64,000 bases of DNA from an uncultured Methanosarcinaceae archaeon (GCA_963733675.1 CAVTET010000003.1:192001-256000); one strand, 5' to 3'. Shown: positions 34,981-47,327, numbered from the stretch's first letter. Notes: generated from the sequence alone by a model not told the origin. Program-made: numbers and translations.

Positions 34981-35436
34981 GAACATAGTAGGATTAGAAA
35001 CTGGATAATTAAAAAATGATCGGAATTTAATTTTGCTTAATATCTCAATCTTCAAATTATTGATCATCTAAACAATTTGGGTATCTATTTATTTTGCTTA
35101 GAAACTTGCCAAGTACTATGTATGTTCTATAATTCAATTATTCAATTATCTTGACACTAGTATTGTCATATTTATAGTGAAGATTATGGCAATTGAAAAG
35201 TCAATTTGTGAAGTATATATGCACCCAAAGGGTCGTTTCTGTGGAATAATTCTGCTGTAAACAATGAACTTGGGCTAGAATTTCACGTAAAAAAATCAAA
35301 ACTCAAAATCTTTAGTCATTTTGAAAAGAATTCAAACATTTGAGAAGATATCACACTCTTCGAAAAAAAACAGCCGAAATATCATGAAACTAATGTTCGT
35401 AACAAAAAAGAAAGACAATCCGATTTTTGTGGGAAA

Positions 35437-36138
35437 TCAGTCTCTCAGACCGAAATGTTCCCATGCATCTTCGATATGCATGGAGCGAATTCCAAGCTTT
35501 TTGGCAGGTAGTATCTCATTTTCATAAGAATCCCCTATAGACATCACACACTTGGGCTCGAGTTCAAGTCCCATCTTCTTGAGTGCGGTCATAAAAAGCC
35601 TGCGGTCAGGTTTTTGGTATCCTACATCAGACGAAAAGATTACGAAGTCAAAGTAATCGTAAAGCCCGAAGAATCGTAGTTCCAGCTCGGAAAAAATCCT
35701 CTGGCCATTGGAGATTATGCATTTGGGGACGTTTATATAATGCTCTATTAATTTTATGCTCTGAGGAAAGGGATGGAGTTTCCGGATGGAAGCTGCCCTA
35801 AAGACCCTCGAGGTCTCAACTCCTAATTGATTCTCATCAATCTTCCAGACCGAATTTTCCCTACAGATCTCGGCAAAGATTTCTTCTACCCTTACTTCAG
35901 GATATATTTCCTTAGAATGTTCTAGTCTATCCCTGACTTTAAACATGTAAGTGTCCCATAATTTATTTGGCTCTATTTTCACCCCTTGGTAGGCAAGCCA
36001 TCGACTTAGAAAATTGTTAGTTTCAAAAGAATGTTCTTCAGTGTGAATGTCTATAAGGGTCTGATAGCAGTCAAAAATAACTCCTTTTATCTGACAACTT
36101 TCAAATGTGTCTACATCCTTTCTAGCAGTATCGCCCAT
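35437..36138 (-). CDS. HAD-superfamily hydrolase
   Basis: IFDCYQTLID (motif I variant), SNGQ, KPD, IGDSYENE. Confidence 0.88.
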   Translation of the reverse strand: MGDTARKDVDTFESCQIKGVIFDCYQTLIDIHTEEHSFETNNFLSRWLAYQGVKIEPNKLWDTYMFKVRDRLEHSKEIYPEVRVEEIFAEICRENSVWKIDENQLGVETSRVFRAASIRKLHPFPQSIKLIEHYINVPKCIISNGQRIFSELELRFFGLYDYFDFVIFSSDVGYQKPDRRLFMTALKKMGLELEPKCVMSIGDSYENEILPAKKLGIRSMHIEDAWEHFGLRD

Positions 36139-36332
36139 AAATACTACCTTACCCTCACCTGCATCAGATTTGTAGTTTTCAGAGATGCTCTTACCTCCGA
36201 TGTCCCCTTTAGTAATTTTCTTTAACCTTGAGGATATTTTATTATTTTTTAGATTTTGAATTGATTAACTACTTGCAAGGAATTAATAGCAAATCCTGCC
36301 AATAGCATGAGATATTAAAAATCTCTGAACCT

Positions 36333-37274
36333 TTAATTAATCGCCTTTAAACACTCTAGTGCTTCCTTGATTAGATAATTTCTGTAGCTGCTCTGATGGA
36401 GACGCGCAGAACGAAGTAATCCTATACTCATAAAAAAGGGCAAAATCCCTGTAATTCGGAAGAAGTCCTTTTCATCCTTGCTATATTCCCAAAGGAATTG
36501 TCCAATGTAAGGTTCTGCTCTCCATCCTCCACCTTTATGTAGTTCAAAGTCATTTTTAAGTTCTGCACTAAGAATTCCGAGGTCTCTAACAGGATGAGCC
36601 TGTAACCAGGAACTTTCAAAATCAAGCGCATAAGGTTTATCCTTGTGAAATACATAATTTGAAGGAGTAGCGTCCCTATGAATCATGCAGCCATGCGCCC
36701 TGTCAAGCCATGAGCTATACCACCATTCTCCAAGCAACTGATTAAAACTTTCTCTGGTATCATGTTTCAGTTTCAGATGGTTCAATACTTCATGATAATT
36801 TCTAAACTCATTTTCCTTATTGTAGGAAGATCGAGTATTTTCGTGAAGTCTCTTGAGCATATGGCCAACTGAAGCAAGTCGTTCATATAGTCCTTTTTCA
36901 TTCTTAATGTACCAACGTAGGGACTGCCCCGGTATGTGCTCAGTTACGAGGACACAATTGAACCTTTTATTGATTGCAAGAGGCTTCGCAACATTTATTG
37001 TGAGACCTGCTTTTTTCAGGTTTCTGTATTCATTCATCATACCTTTATAGGGGTTATAATCTCTCATCCTTCCGGTGGGCTCGGAAAAAAATTTTGCCAT
37101 TACGCTTAAGTGTTCTCCTTTGAACTGGTACCTACAGACTGTATGGGAGGAATCATACTTAAAGACATCAACTAAACATCTTTTATTTCGGAGGCAGTGC
37201 TCAACAACTTCTTCAACAAGCCAATCTCTGAAAGGATCCCCAGGACTTAAAGTATTAACATGGCGATGTCCCAT
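36333..37274 (-). CDS. Aminoglycoside-phosphotransferase/choline-kinase-like protein
   Basis: AKFF, HRDATPSN catalytic loop, LDFE, RDLG. Confidence 0.85.
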   Translation of the reverse strand: MGHRHVNTLSPGDPFRDWLVEEVVEHCLRNKRCLVDVFKYDSSHTVCRYQFKGEHLSVMAKFFSEPTGRMRDYNPYKGMMNEYRNLKKAGLTINVAKPLAINKRFNCVLVTEHIPGQSLRWYIKNEKGLYERLASVGHMLKRLHENTRSSYNKENEFRNYHEVLNHLKLKHDTRESFNQLLGEWWYSSWLDRAHGCMIHRDATPSNYVFHKDKPYALDFESSWLQAHPVRDLGILSAELKNDFELHKGGGWRAEPYIGQFLWEYSKDEKDFFRITGILPFFMSIGLLRSARLHQSSYRNYLIKEALECLKAIN

Positions 37275-38171
37275 CTCATACTACCCCTATCTTCCAGGAA
37301 CACTCATACAATCGTATCTTTTGCTCAGTATTCATATATTTCCATTCTGAAACTTTCAATTCCTATAAAAGATCTTATTTCTCCTTTGATTACATTAATA
37401 CTGATAGCGGTATAACTATATATTGGATATATTATATTTTTATTGGTGCATAACTACATAAACTTTAATAAATTATTTAGAATTAAGGTCAATTTTACAT
37501 CAATCTTATTATTACCTCCTCTCTTTTCCAAGTATTCTTCTTTAACGTAAGTTATTTAGTTCTATTCTTAGAATCCAGTTTGCTTATTCATAACCACCTT
37601 TGCCTCTTCCTATAAGCCGAGGAGGAAAATAAATCGAGGGAGTAGATTTACATCATGAAGCAGATATGCAAGGGTAATGTCGTATTTTAACAGATAATCC
37701 AGATCAAGAGAGTGGAATATCCGTCAGCACTTTAAAAGATGACAGTTATGTCATTTTCAAAATTTTCGGTTTTGTTTTAGTGAATACCACTCAGCTTATT
37801 GGCAAAATGTAAACTTTTTCGAGAATTGTGATTAACTAACTGATTTGCACTTTAAGCTACCTTCGTAATATGAAACGGAACTCCAGCATGCAAAATCATT
37901 GTGTCTACAAGATGTCTAATGGTTTTTGAATAAAGTCTCGTAAAAATATATTACTTTAGAAGTGCTGAGGATGACGAGTACCCTGTTATTTAAGTTAGGT
38001 ATGAAGTGAACTTTCGCCTTTTTTGGTTTAACCCTCGAAATCATCACTCCTTTGTAAAGTTAATTTGTTTTTGGCACCATTTTCAGAGGTAGAACTCCCA
38101 CCCCCCTGGCAGGGATGTTATAAGCACTGAAATTAAACAACTTTAGCCATGATTATGGTCCAATCATTACA

Positions 38172-38260
38172 AAGGATTTCAATAAACCTATGATTTCACG
38201 AGTTATTTATATACAAATTACAATCATATAATACAATTTAGGGATTTATCTAAATCCTCT
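38172..38260. mobile_element. MITE-like element of about 89 bp, homologous to the spacer of the thiM-thiE inverted repeat
   Basis: aaggatttcaataaacctatgatttcacgagtt versus gaggatttcgataaacctctgattttacgagtt (15335); right end gggatttatctaaatcctct is the inverted repeat. Confidence 0.55.
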
Positions 38261-38883
38261 ATGGTTTAGGATGATAATAGAAACAGTAAAACAGATGAAA
38301 TAAAAATTTCAAAATAATATAAATTCTCTTGAAAGTGGGTCGAAAAATCCACAAAGATGAGTTAATTTGACAATGCCAAGTTAATTACAAATCTATAAAA
38401 TAACAGTTTGCGATTCAAATATTCACTTTAAGTCGTCTGGTATTGTATAAATTCAGAAAAGGTAAACGAAAGGAATTACTGCAAAAGCTTCCCATTTTCT
38501 TCCGTTTTTTCCATGCTTTTCTTCGTTCAACTTTGTATTTTGTGATTAGCAGAGATATGTATGTAATTGAACACAAATCCTTTTTTCAAAGTTTTATAAG
38601 TGTTAATTTCTAATATAGGAATATAGTTGTATGCAAATAAAGAATGCTGACAAAGTTAGCGACGTAATAAGTTGGCCACTTAATACTTAATTATAGTGTA
38701 AGTAAAGATAAATTATTGAGTAATCTAACCAAAAAATATGATTATAGAGTATAATGCACTAATGTAAACTAAGATAGCCACTGAAATGGATAAAGGCTCA
38801 TAGTATACAGGAACCTTGGGAAATTGTAAATGTTACTAAGCCATCTAATAAAACGTACTAATCTGATTGGGACCTGTTTTATT

Positions 38884-39540
38884 CTACACTTCTTTGAATT
38901 CAACCTCAATGGGCTTGGTTTTTGTATCTTCGATAGTTATAAGGGCATAGGAACCCTTGCAGGCCTCTCCAGGGTTTACTATCATAGTCGCTCCAATATT
39001 TTCAATACCTTTCGCCTCATGGATGTGCCCACATACTATCAGGTCAACTCTGTCAACGAATTTTAGAATTGCTTTGCTGCCGACATGCCCAAAGGGAAGC
39101 TCATCCCTGGCTCCATGAGGTGGGGCATGAGTAAGAAGCACTATCGGCCCATGATCTTCTGTACTTTCGGCGGAGTAGAACATTCCTTTAAGGACTCTTT
39201 CGATCTCTTCTTCAGAAAGTTCAAAGGGAGTATTGAAAGGCGTGAAATTTGAGCCTCCGAGTCCTATAAACCGGATCTTTCCGATCTGTTCAAGTTTACC
39301 ATGCATATTTATAGCTTTTGAGGTATCAAGCGCTTCAAGAATACTCTTCTGGTCGCAGTTCCCTGGGATTGCAAGCACAGGCTTATCAAACATTTCCATC
39401 AATTCTTTGACCTTCGCATCAGGTCCAAAGTGAGTAAGGTCTCCGGCAATCATAGCAATGTCAAAATCTCCAGCTGTTTCCATTATTTTCTCTATCTTTG
39501 AATAATCCCCGTGGGGATCAGAAATAGCTAGTATCTTCAT
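38884..39540 (-). CDS. Calcineurin-like metallophosphoesterase
   Basis: SDPHG, AGD, PGNCD, THAPP, GHIHE, NPG; start taken at ATG 39540. Confidence 0.92.
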   Translation of the reverse strand: MKILAISDPHGDYSKIEKIMETAGDFDIAMIAGDLTHFGPDAKVKELMEMFDKPVLAIPGNCDQKSILEALDTSKAINMHGKLEQIGKIRFIGLGGSNFTPFNTPFELSEEEIERVLKGMFYSAESTEDHGPIVLLTHAPPHGARDELPFGHVGSKAILKFVDRVDLIVCGHIHEAKGIENIGATMIVNPGEACKGSYALITIEDTKTKPIEVEFKEV

Positions 39541-39815
39541 ACGTATCCCATCCGTATAAGCAGTATCGCAACTTTGTTTTGAATTCGAAATCAAGTTTTT
39601 ATGTACTGTGTGTAATTTGGTTCTTTAGATGTGAAATTTTTCTATCCAATAACTTATTGAGAGTTGTGATTTTACAGAAAATAAGGCACACAGTCTTATT
39701 ATATGTAATCCCACTCCCAGGTTTTTAATTCAATGTTTTTAGTTTATAACATCATAATCTTTGCTTACTTTGAACATCATACATCTTTTATATTCCCTAC
39801 GAAAATATAGTGCCC

Positions 39816-40436
39816 ATGCGAGATATCGTTGTCATAGGGCATAAGGCAAAAACAAACGGCGATTTTTCTTTAAACGATCTCCCCGGTTCTGCGGGAAGAA
39901 TGGATATTCTCTGCCGCTGCGTAAGCTCTGCCCTATTTATCTCTTTTGGAATGCGCAGGAATGTGAATGTAAACCTACTTCTTTTAGGAGATCCTGAGCC
40001 AGGGAAGATCATCAGATTTGAAGGGCTAAACCTGAAATACCTTAATCCTGATGAAAGAAGTAGTGGTTCGCTTATCCAGAAAGCTCTTCAGAAGAATGCA
40101 ATCGAGAAATATACTCATTCCACTCCAGGTGTTTGGATCCGCAGGGGAGACCTTAAATCCATTCTCTCAGAGTTTGAAGGGCGAACCCTACTTTACCTAC
40201 GAGAAGATGGGGAGGATATTCGAGAATTTTCCTGTGAGATCCGGGATCCTATTTTTATTCTGGGAGATCATACAGGTGTTACAGAAGATGAGGAAGAACA
40301 GATCTTGAAGGCAGGGGCAAAAATTATATCTGTAGGCCCGATTTCCCTTCACTCTAACCATTGCATAATCCTTGTCCATAATGAGTTGGACAGAGCTGAG
40401 TCTGAAAAAAAGGCATCAACAAGAAGAACTTATTGA
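39816..40436 (+). CDS. trmY: tRNA (pseudouridine54-N1)-methyltransferase
   Basis: FSLNDLPGSAGRMDILCRC, LNPDERS, FILGDH.G, S.GP..LH; adjacent to pus10. Confidence 0.93.
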   Translation: MRDIVVIGHKAKTNGDFSLNDLPGSAGRMDILCRCVSSALFISFGMRRNVNVNLLLLGDPEPGKIIRFEGLNLKYLNPDERSSGSLIQKALQKNAIEKYTHSTPGVWIRRGDLKSILSEFEGRTLLYLREDGEDIREFSCEIRDPIFILGDHTGVTEDEEEQILKAGAKIISVGPISLHSNHCIILVHNELDRAESEKKASTRRTY

Positions 40437-40665
40437 AAGGATGATGAATAATCTGTAATTTTTGATTTGCCTCAATGCAAAAAGCTATATCCCATTTATT
40501 TGTATGAAGATAGAAGTTTACTCGACGTATCTTTCAGGATATTTACCTCTTCGAATATTGCCACTTAGGCATTCATCTTCAGGGCATTCTTTCTTGCCTT
40601 CGATTTATTTTTTATTTCCATAATATACACTCAAGGTCTATTCTCCATCTAGAGAGTTAAAGAGA

Positions 40666-41970
40666 GTGAAAAAAATGGATGTACTTGAAATTTCAAAAAA
40701 GATTCTACATGAAGGCCCGATATGTGATCACTGCCTTGGTCGCCAATTTGCAAAATTATCTACCGGCCTGAGTAATAAAGAACGTGGTCAGGCCTTAAAA
40801 CTCGCCCTTGTTCTGGAAGGGGATAGTGCTTACAAAAGTGAAAAAGATAATTATCTACTAAAGGAACTTTCCTGTTGCAGTGTATTTGCAAGGAAGACTC
40901 TTGGAACAGAGGGTGAAGACGAGAAGTGCTGGGTTTGCCTTGACCAATTCAAAAAGCTAGATGTATGGGCAGATAAAGCGGCAAAGGCTCTTGAAGGCCT
41001 TGAGTATTCTACATTTCTTGTGGGCACAAAGATTAGTGGGCTCCTGAGTGAAAACGAAGAAATCCTCTGGGCTGAGGCAGGGACTTTGTATGCTGAACAG
41101 CTTAAGACAGAGTTTAACAGAGAAGTAGGCAAGCGGATTGCCGAAAAAGTTCAAAAAGATGTGGATTTAAAAAACCCAGATATTACAATTATCCTTGACC
41201 TTGCAAAAAGCAATCTTGAGCTTCAGATCCGCCCTGTATATATCATTAGTCGCTATTGCAAAATGGTAAGAGGAATCCCGCAGACACGCTGGCCTTGCAG
41301 GAAATGTAAGGGCAAAGGTTGTGGAGGATGTAATTATACCGGTAAACAGTACCATGAGTCTGTAGACGAGTTGATTAAGGATCCTATTCTAGAAGCATTC
41401 CAGGCAGTTGATACAGCTTTTCACGGCTCGGGTAGGGAAGATATAGATGCCCTTATGCTTGGAAGAGGCAGGCCTTTTATAGTGGAAGCAAAGTCTCCTA
41501 AAAAGCGTAACGTGAATCTTGAAGAGCTTATGAAAAGCATTAACGATAAAGCTGACGGAAAAATTTATGTAAGAGAGCTTTCTTTCGTCGGAAAAAATAT
41601 GATTGAAACTCTAAAAAGCTTAAAAGCGGATAAAACTTATAAGCTTAAAGTTACATTTAAGGAACCTGTCTCAGAGAAAGAGCTTAAAGCGTGTCTTGAG
41701 TCTCTTAACGGCACAGAGATCAAACAGCAGACTCCAAGACGCGTAGTTCACAGGAGAGCTGACATTGTCCGGAAGAGATACGTGAATAGCATAAAACTTG
41801 ATGAATTGACAGAGGATGGTTATGCTTACATAATAGTCAATTGCGAAGGCGGTTTGTATGTAAAAGAACTTATTTCCGGAGATGATGGTAGAACAAATCC
41901 AAGTCTTAGTGGGCTTTTAGGTATTTATACACTTGTGGAAGATCTTGATGTAATTAATGTAGATATCTAA
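40666..41970 (+). CDS. pus10: tRNA pseudouridine(54/55) synthase Pus10
   Basis: CDHCLGR, RGIPQTRW, FHGSGREDIDA, QQTP.RV.HRRAD, GGLYVKELISGD.GRT.PS. Confidence 0.95.
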   Translation: MKKMDVLEISKKILHEGPICDHCLGRQFAKLSTGLSNKERGQALKLALVLEGDSAYKSEKDNYLLKELSCCSVFARKTLGTEGEDEKCWVCLDQFKKLDVWADKAAKALEGLEYSTFLVGTKISGLLSENEEILWAEAGTLYAEQLKTEFNREVGKRIAEKVQKDVDLKNPDITIILDLAKSNLELQIRPVYIISRYCKMVRGIPQTRWPCRKCKGKGCGGCNYTGKQYHESVDELIKDPILEAFQAVDTAFHGSGREDIDALMLGRGRPFIVEAKSPKKRNVNLEELMKSINDKADGKIYVRELSFVGKNMIETLKSLKADKTYKLKVTFKEPVSEKELKACLESLNGTEIKQQTPRRVVHRRADIVRKRYVNSIKLDELTEDGYAYIIVNCEGGLYVKELISGDDGRTNPSLSGLLGIYTLVEDLDVINVDI

Positions 41971-42127
41971 GCAATGCTTAAATTAGATTTATTCAAGAGA
42001 TTTTTTTATTATCTTCAGGTTTTTGATTTCTCGTCATCGAAGAATTAGGGAAATACTAGTAAATTTTTAAAATCCCAATAAATAATAAAGAGTCTATTAT
42101 ATAGAGAGTCAAGAAAAAATTGCCTAA

Positions 42128-42493
<366 letters not shown>

Positions 42494-43221
42494 TATCATT
42501 TCAGACATCTAAGTTCTAAATCTAATCTTTTTATATTGGGTTTGCTGTCTACAAGCATCTTACCTCGCAGACGCTAGTTCATGCCTAAAGGATTGGAAAA
42601 TTGCGGGATCAATAGACTACTAAATAATTATAGTCATCCCAATAAAAAGCGACACTTCCTAATATGAGAAAAATAAAGTTATGGCCACCTCAAAAAAAAT
42701 TCCCATTTTCGTAGTTACATAATTTCGAATGGTCTAAGGATTAATTATTACTTGAAAACCATAATTGGTTTTTAAAACTGCGATTAATTCGTTGGTTCAC
42801 TATAAATATAAAAAACCTAAATTCCCTCGAAAAAACTGTTAAAAATACAAGCTCAGATGAGAACAAAAAGCTACTATGAGAACCCTAGTTCTAATTCAGA
42901 TTCGGAAATATCTGTAGTTATATATTGTTTGTCAAACATATAACTTGGATACAATATTAGGATAATGTTATCCAGAGCAACCCAATTTGTTAAATGAAGG
43001 CTGGAGCATGAATGAAATTAAATTTGGATGAAACTGATCAAATGTAGTATAACAACTATTTACCACAAAAGTTAGTTCAAATTACAGTATTCGGAGTATT
43101 ACCAGGAAAAAGATACTTGGGAAGTCAGAAATTATTAGGATATCGAAGAGTGATCGAAATAGACCAGTCTGCAGAGAATGGCAATTATCTAAAGTTTTTA
43201 ACTCAAAAAGAGTGTATTCCA

Positions 43222-43575
43222 ATGATAGTCAAGGAAGTCCTCAACGAAGAATTATTGACGTTGGCTGAAGTCAAAGAAATACTTTCCAAGATTGCTGAAG
43301 AACGTAGAGAGCAAGGGACTGAGGTTGTATACGGATTTCGAAAAGCCTTGCATCATGCTGATCAGTTCTCAAAGATCAGTGGGGAAAAATCAAGAGAACT
43401 TGTTAATAAACTGCTAATGCTAGAAAAAATGAAAGCTGTAATCGCGGTTAGGATCGCAGATATTCTGCCTCAGTCCAGGGACGAAATCAGATCAATCTAT
43501 GCAAAAGAAAAGTATACGCTGAGTAATGAAGAGTTGGACCAGATTCTTGATTACATATCTGAGACTATGGAATAA
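43222..43575 (+). CDS. rpoF: RNA polymerase subunit F (Rpo4)
   Basis: MIVKEVLNEELLTLAEVKEIL..IADILP..DEIRSIYAKE; conserved position after rpl21e; start ATG 43222. Confidence 0.93.
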   Translation: MIVKEVLNEELLTLAEVKEILSKIAEERREQGTEVVYGFRKALHHADQFSKISGEKSRELVNKLLMLEKMKAVIAVRIADILPQSRDEIRSIYAKEKYTLSNEELDQILDYISETME

Positions 43576-44022
43576 GTAAAATTTTACACTTGTTCTTATT
43601 TTATTGGCTTTTGATTTATTGCAGTTGCATAATGCCGAGAATGAGGATGAATTTCTGCGATTCCATAAATATTAAAAAGTCTCTCAAATTAAAAGGGAAT
43701 AGCTATATAGCAGTTTCTATCTTCTTATTTAGAAGATGAGTATTCGAAACATATATCATTTACGTATCATGGAGTAATCTTCATATTATAAAATTAAACA
43801 CAGAGGATTCTTAAGGCGGCAGTAGGCCTTGAGTCCTAGAACTGGCTATGACAAAATCATAAGTTTTCAAAAAACTTATCGTTGAAGGCTGAAGGTATGA
43901 TTATTGGAGAAGATCTTGAATAGTATAGAAGCATTAAAATAAGCTGATAGTGTTAAGGTTTTGTATACCCTGGAAAGAGAGTCTATTGCAGGATTTCATA
44001 TTTAGCGATAGGATGGGTGCTG

Positions 44023-44751
44023 ATGAAAGTGGATAAGTCGCAATCAAGTAGATTGTATGCTGGCAGACCAGCTTCTGAAAAAATTTATGACGGCAAACGT
44101 TCGATAGGCAGACCGCAATCAGATCGGCAGTCAGAAAGAGCTTCGCACTCATCTGGCAAATCCCTGGATAACTCGCAAGGCAGAGAGGAATATGTATGGG
44201 TTCTAGATTATCTGCCCTATGGGAAGTTAGTTGATGGCACTAGTGTATTCCAGAAAAAACCCCTTGTACAAGCTATCGGAGATAAAAAGTTCACCTTGAT
44301 GGAGCTTGTTCCCAAAAACGGTGTGATTCCTAACATCCAGTCAAAAATTTACATAGGTCCTGGAGATAGGAATGAAATAGATCACGTAAAGCAGAGAATA
44401 GGTTATACTGACCTTACTACGGGGGCCAATCTTGAAATGCCTTTTATTCTTGAAGCTTGTGTCAGGAATCAGGAGGAACGTTTTGTGAAATTTTTTAATG
44501 ATGCCCACTCTATTACTACCAGGCTTCATATGCTTGAACTTTTGCCAGGAATAGGAAAAAAGCTTATGTGGTCCATGATAGATGAACGAAAAAAAGGAGA
44601 CTTTAAGAGTTTTCAGGATATCCGTGAAAGAATTCCAAGCTTGCATGATCCAGCTAAAGTTATTGCCCACAGAATCGAAGTTGAACTTAAGGATGACTTC
44701 ATCAAATACAGACTATTTACCACCCTTCCGCGCCGTCAGAGACCCATGTGA
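44023..44751 (+). CDS. DUF655 RNA-binding protein
   Basis: EEYVWVLDYL, FTLMEL, FFN.A.SITTRLH.LELLPGIGKK (HhH); conserved position between rpoF and rsmA. Confidence 0.9.
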   Translation: MKVDKSQSSRLYAGRPASEKIYDGKRSIGRPQSDRQSERASHSSGKSLDNSQGREEYVWVLDYLPYGKLVDGTSVFQKKPLVQAIGDKKFTLMELVPKNGVIPNIQSKIYIGPGDRNEIDHVKQRIGYTDLTTGANLEMPFILEACVRNQEERFVKFFNDAHSITTRLHMLELLPGIGKKLMWSMIDERKKGDFKSFQDIRERIPSLHDPAKVIAHRIEVELKDDFIKYRLFTTLPRRQRPM

Positions 44752-44890
44752 ATTGTGGAATCTTTTTTAGAGAATATGTTCGGATTTCTTATTTTAGATA
44801 GATTTGATTTTAATTATTTATTCACTTTTATTCAAGCTGCTTTAATTTGTTTCAGAACAAAATATTTGCTTTATTAAGGAGGTTTCAGTC

Positions 44891-45706
44891 TTGGTACTTT
44901 CTCTTCTTGAAAAATATAACATAAAGGGAGGTATTTTTGATCAGCATTTTCTGGTCGATGAAGGTTACCTGGACAGAATTGTGGCGGCTGCTGAGTTAAG
45001 GTCTGAGGATATTGTTCTTGAAATAGGTGCTGGTGTCGGAAACCTTACTGAAAGGCTGGCACAGAAGGCAAAAAAAGTAATTGGCATTGAACTTGATCCG
45101 ATCCTAGTTAATGTCCTTCATGATCATTTCGACTATATCAAAAACATTGAAATCGTCGCAGGTGATGCCTTGAAAGTTGATTTTCCGAAATTCGACAAGG
45201 TCGTCTCAAATCTTCCCTATTCCATCTCTTCAGAAATAACCTTCAAGCTTCTCCATCATAAATTCAAACTCGGAATCCTTATGTACCAGTATGAGTTTGC
45301 AGCACGCATGGTTTCAACACCCAACTGCAAGGACTATTCCCGTCTAACTGTTGATACCTACTATTTTTCAGATGCTTCTATTCTTATGAAAGTCCCAAAA
45401 GAAGCCTTTCAGCCAGTACCGGAAGTTAATTCAGCAGTAGTTAAAATTGTTCCACGCCCAACACCTTTTAGAGTAAGAGACGAAGCTTTTTTCATGAAAT
45501 TTGTAGCAGCAGTCTTCAACCAGCGCCGGAAAAAGATAAGAAATGCAATCCTGAACACAAATTGCATTCTCAAAATTCCTAGCATTAGAGAGTTAATTGC
45601 TCAACTCCCTGAGAATTTGATGGACAAAAGAGCTGAGAACCTGACTCCTGAGCAGCTTGCAGAGGTTGCAAATCTGATTGTTGATTTGAGATCAAAGAGT
45701 TGGTAG
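44891..45706 (+). CDS. rsmA: 16S rRNA adenine dimethyltransferase
   Basis: DQHFL, LEIGAG.G.LT, VSNLPYSIS, RRK..RN; GGAGG RBS before TTG. Confidence 0.95.
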   Translation: MVLSLLEKYNIKGGIFDQHFLVDEGYLDRIVAAAELRSEDIVLEIGAGVGNLTERLAQKAKKVIGIELDPILVNVLHDHFDYIKNIEIVAGDALKVDFPKFDKVVSNLPYSISSEITFKLLHHKFKLGILMYQYEFAARMVSTPNCKDYSRLTVDTYYFSDASILMKVPKEAFQPVPEVNSAVVKIVPRPTPFRVRDEAFFMKFVAAVFNQRRKKIRNAILNTNCILKIPSIRELIAQLPENLMDKRAENLTPEQLAEVANLIVDLRSKSW

Positions 45707-46619
45707 TCTTATACTTTGATAAAAGATCTCTTTCACTTTTACCCCACCCATTTACCTCACAAATTTGATTTCAACATTTGTTTTAAAAATTTAATTCGTT
45801 TATTAACTAGTATTGGGAAGTTAGTTGAATGAAGTGAAGATTATACTTTTGATTATGACATTTGATGAAAGATGTTATCAGCATGGAAATATATCTGTTT
45901 AGTATAACTATTTAATATTCAAATTTATTTAATATAGTAAAAGACTGGCTGAATACTATGTAAGTTATCTAATATTAAAGGATATGTTCTTATTATTTAG
46001 AATATAAGGGTGACAAAGACACGACAAAATATTTTTTTTGAAAGTTTGAATATATAAGAGCAAACGTTGGATTATACGGAATTCTAAACTATGTTTCTTA
46101 ATATGTTATATTGTTTAATTAATATATAACTGTTTGATATAACTTAAAATATAATTGGTCAGGTAACTGGTATCCTGTAGATGGTCAGGGGTATTAGTAT
46201 CCGATAATATTTACCACATATTTATTCTTCAAAAACTGATTCTGGAATAATAATTGGTAAATAACATTAGTGTATTTTTTCTGGCAAGAGCTGCATTGCG
46301 GCAATTCTATTGAAGTTATATCAGGTTGGACTCAAATTGGTAACTATCAACCGACCTAAAAATTGAACTTAAAAACGTAAACATCAACCACTCGATACAA
46401 TGCAACTCAGTTGATCCAAAAGAAGCCTGTATTAAAACTAAACCAATTTCTACATTGGATAATGGGTAATCACTATCTAGAATGATGCATGAAGGAATTA
46501 CTTCAATATGAATTGATCTTCAAATATTTTTTTTATCAATTGTAAAATTGAACTTAGTTTTAAGGGGGCTTAAGACAGCAGGTCAAAAAAATTGTTGTAA
46601 AGGCAGAGGTGATTTTAGG

Positions 46620-47327
46620 ATGTTTAAAATTAACTTGGGAACCATTGGAGAAATTAACCTTAAAAGAAATAACCTAATAGGCGCTGACCTTGAAGAAGCT
46701 GACCTTAAAGAGTTTTACTTTGAAGGGGCTAACCTTAGAGAAGCTAACCTTAAAGGAGCTAATCTTGAGAAAGCTAACCTTAAAGAAGCTAACCTTAAAT
46801 GGTGCAATCTTAGAGAAGCCAAATGTCATGGGGCAGATCTTAGAGACGCTAATCTAATAGAAACTGACCTTGAAAGAGCTGATGTTATTCAAGCCAACTT
46901 TCAAAGGGCTAACCTGAGAGGAGCTGACCTTGAAGAAGCTGATCTTGAAGGAGCGAACTTGGCAGAAGCTAGCCTTGAAGAAGCTAACCTCAGATGGGCT
47001 AACCTTGAAAGAGTTAACCTGATAGAGGCTCACCTTGAAAGGGTTGACTTTACAGGAGCTAACCTAAAAAAAGCTAACCTTAGAGGAGCTAATATGAAAG
47101 AAGCTAACCTCAGATGGGCTAACCTTGAAGAAACTAACCTTAGATGGGCTAACCTTGAAGGGGCTAACCTTAGAGATGCCCACAATTTATCATTTGACCA
47201 GATTTCTGAAGTACTAACACTTCAAGGTGCAAAATTAAACGAAGAGCTATTTAAATCACTAAAAGAGGACTACTACGCCCTTTTTATAGCACCTGAGAAC
47301 TCTATGAATGATAAGATATTATCATAG
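46620..47327 (+). CDS. Pentapeptide-repeat protein (A[D/N]Lxx)
   Basis: About 35 ANL/ADL units plus a NLSFDQISEV.TL cap; start taken at ATG 46620. Confidence 0.9.
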   Translation: MFKINLGTIGEINLKRNNLIGADLEEADLKEFYFEGANLREANLKGANLEKANLKEANLKWCNLREAKCHGADLRDANLIETDLERADVIQANFQRANLRGADLEEADLEGANLAEASLEEANLRWANLERVNLIEAHLERVDFTGANLKKANLRGANMKEANLRWANLEETNLRWANLEGANLRDAHNLSFDQISEVLTLQGAKLNEELFKSLKEDYYALFIAPENSMNDKILS

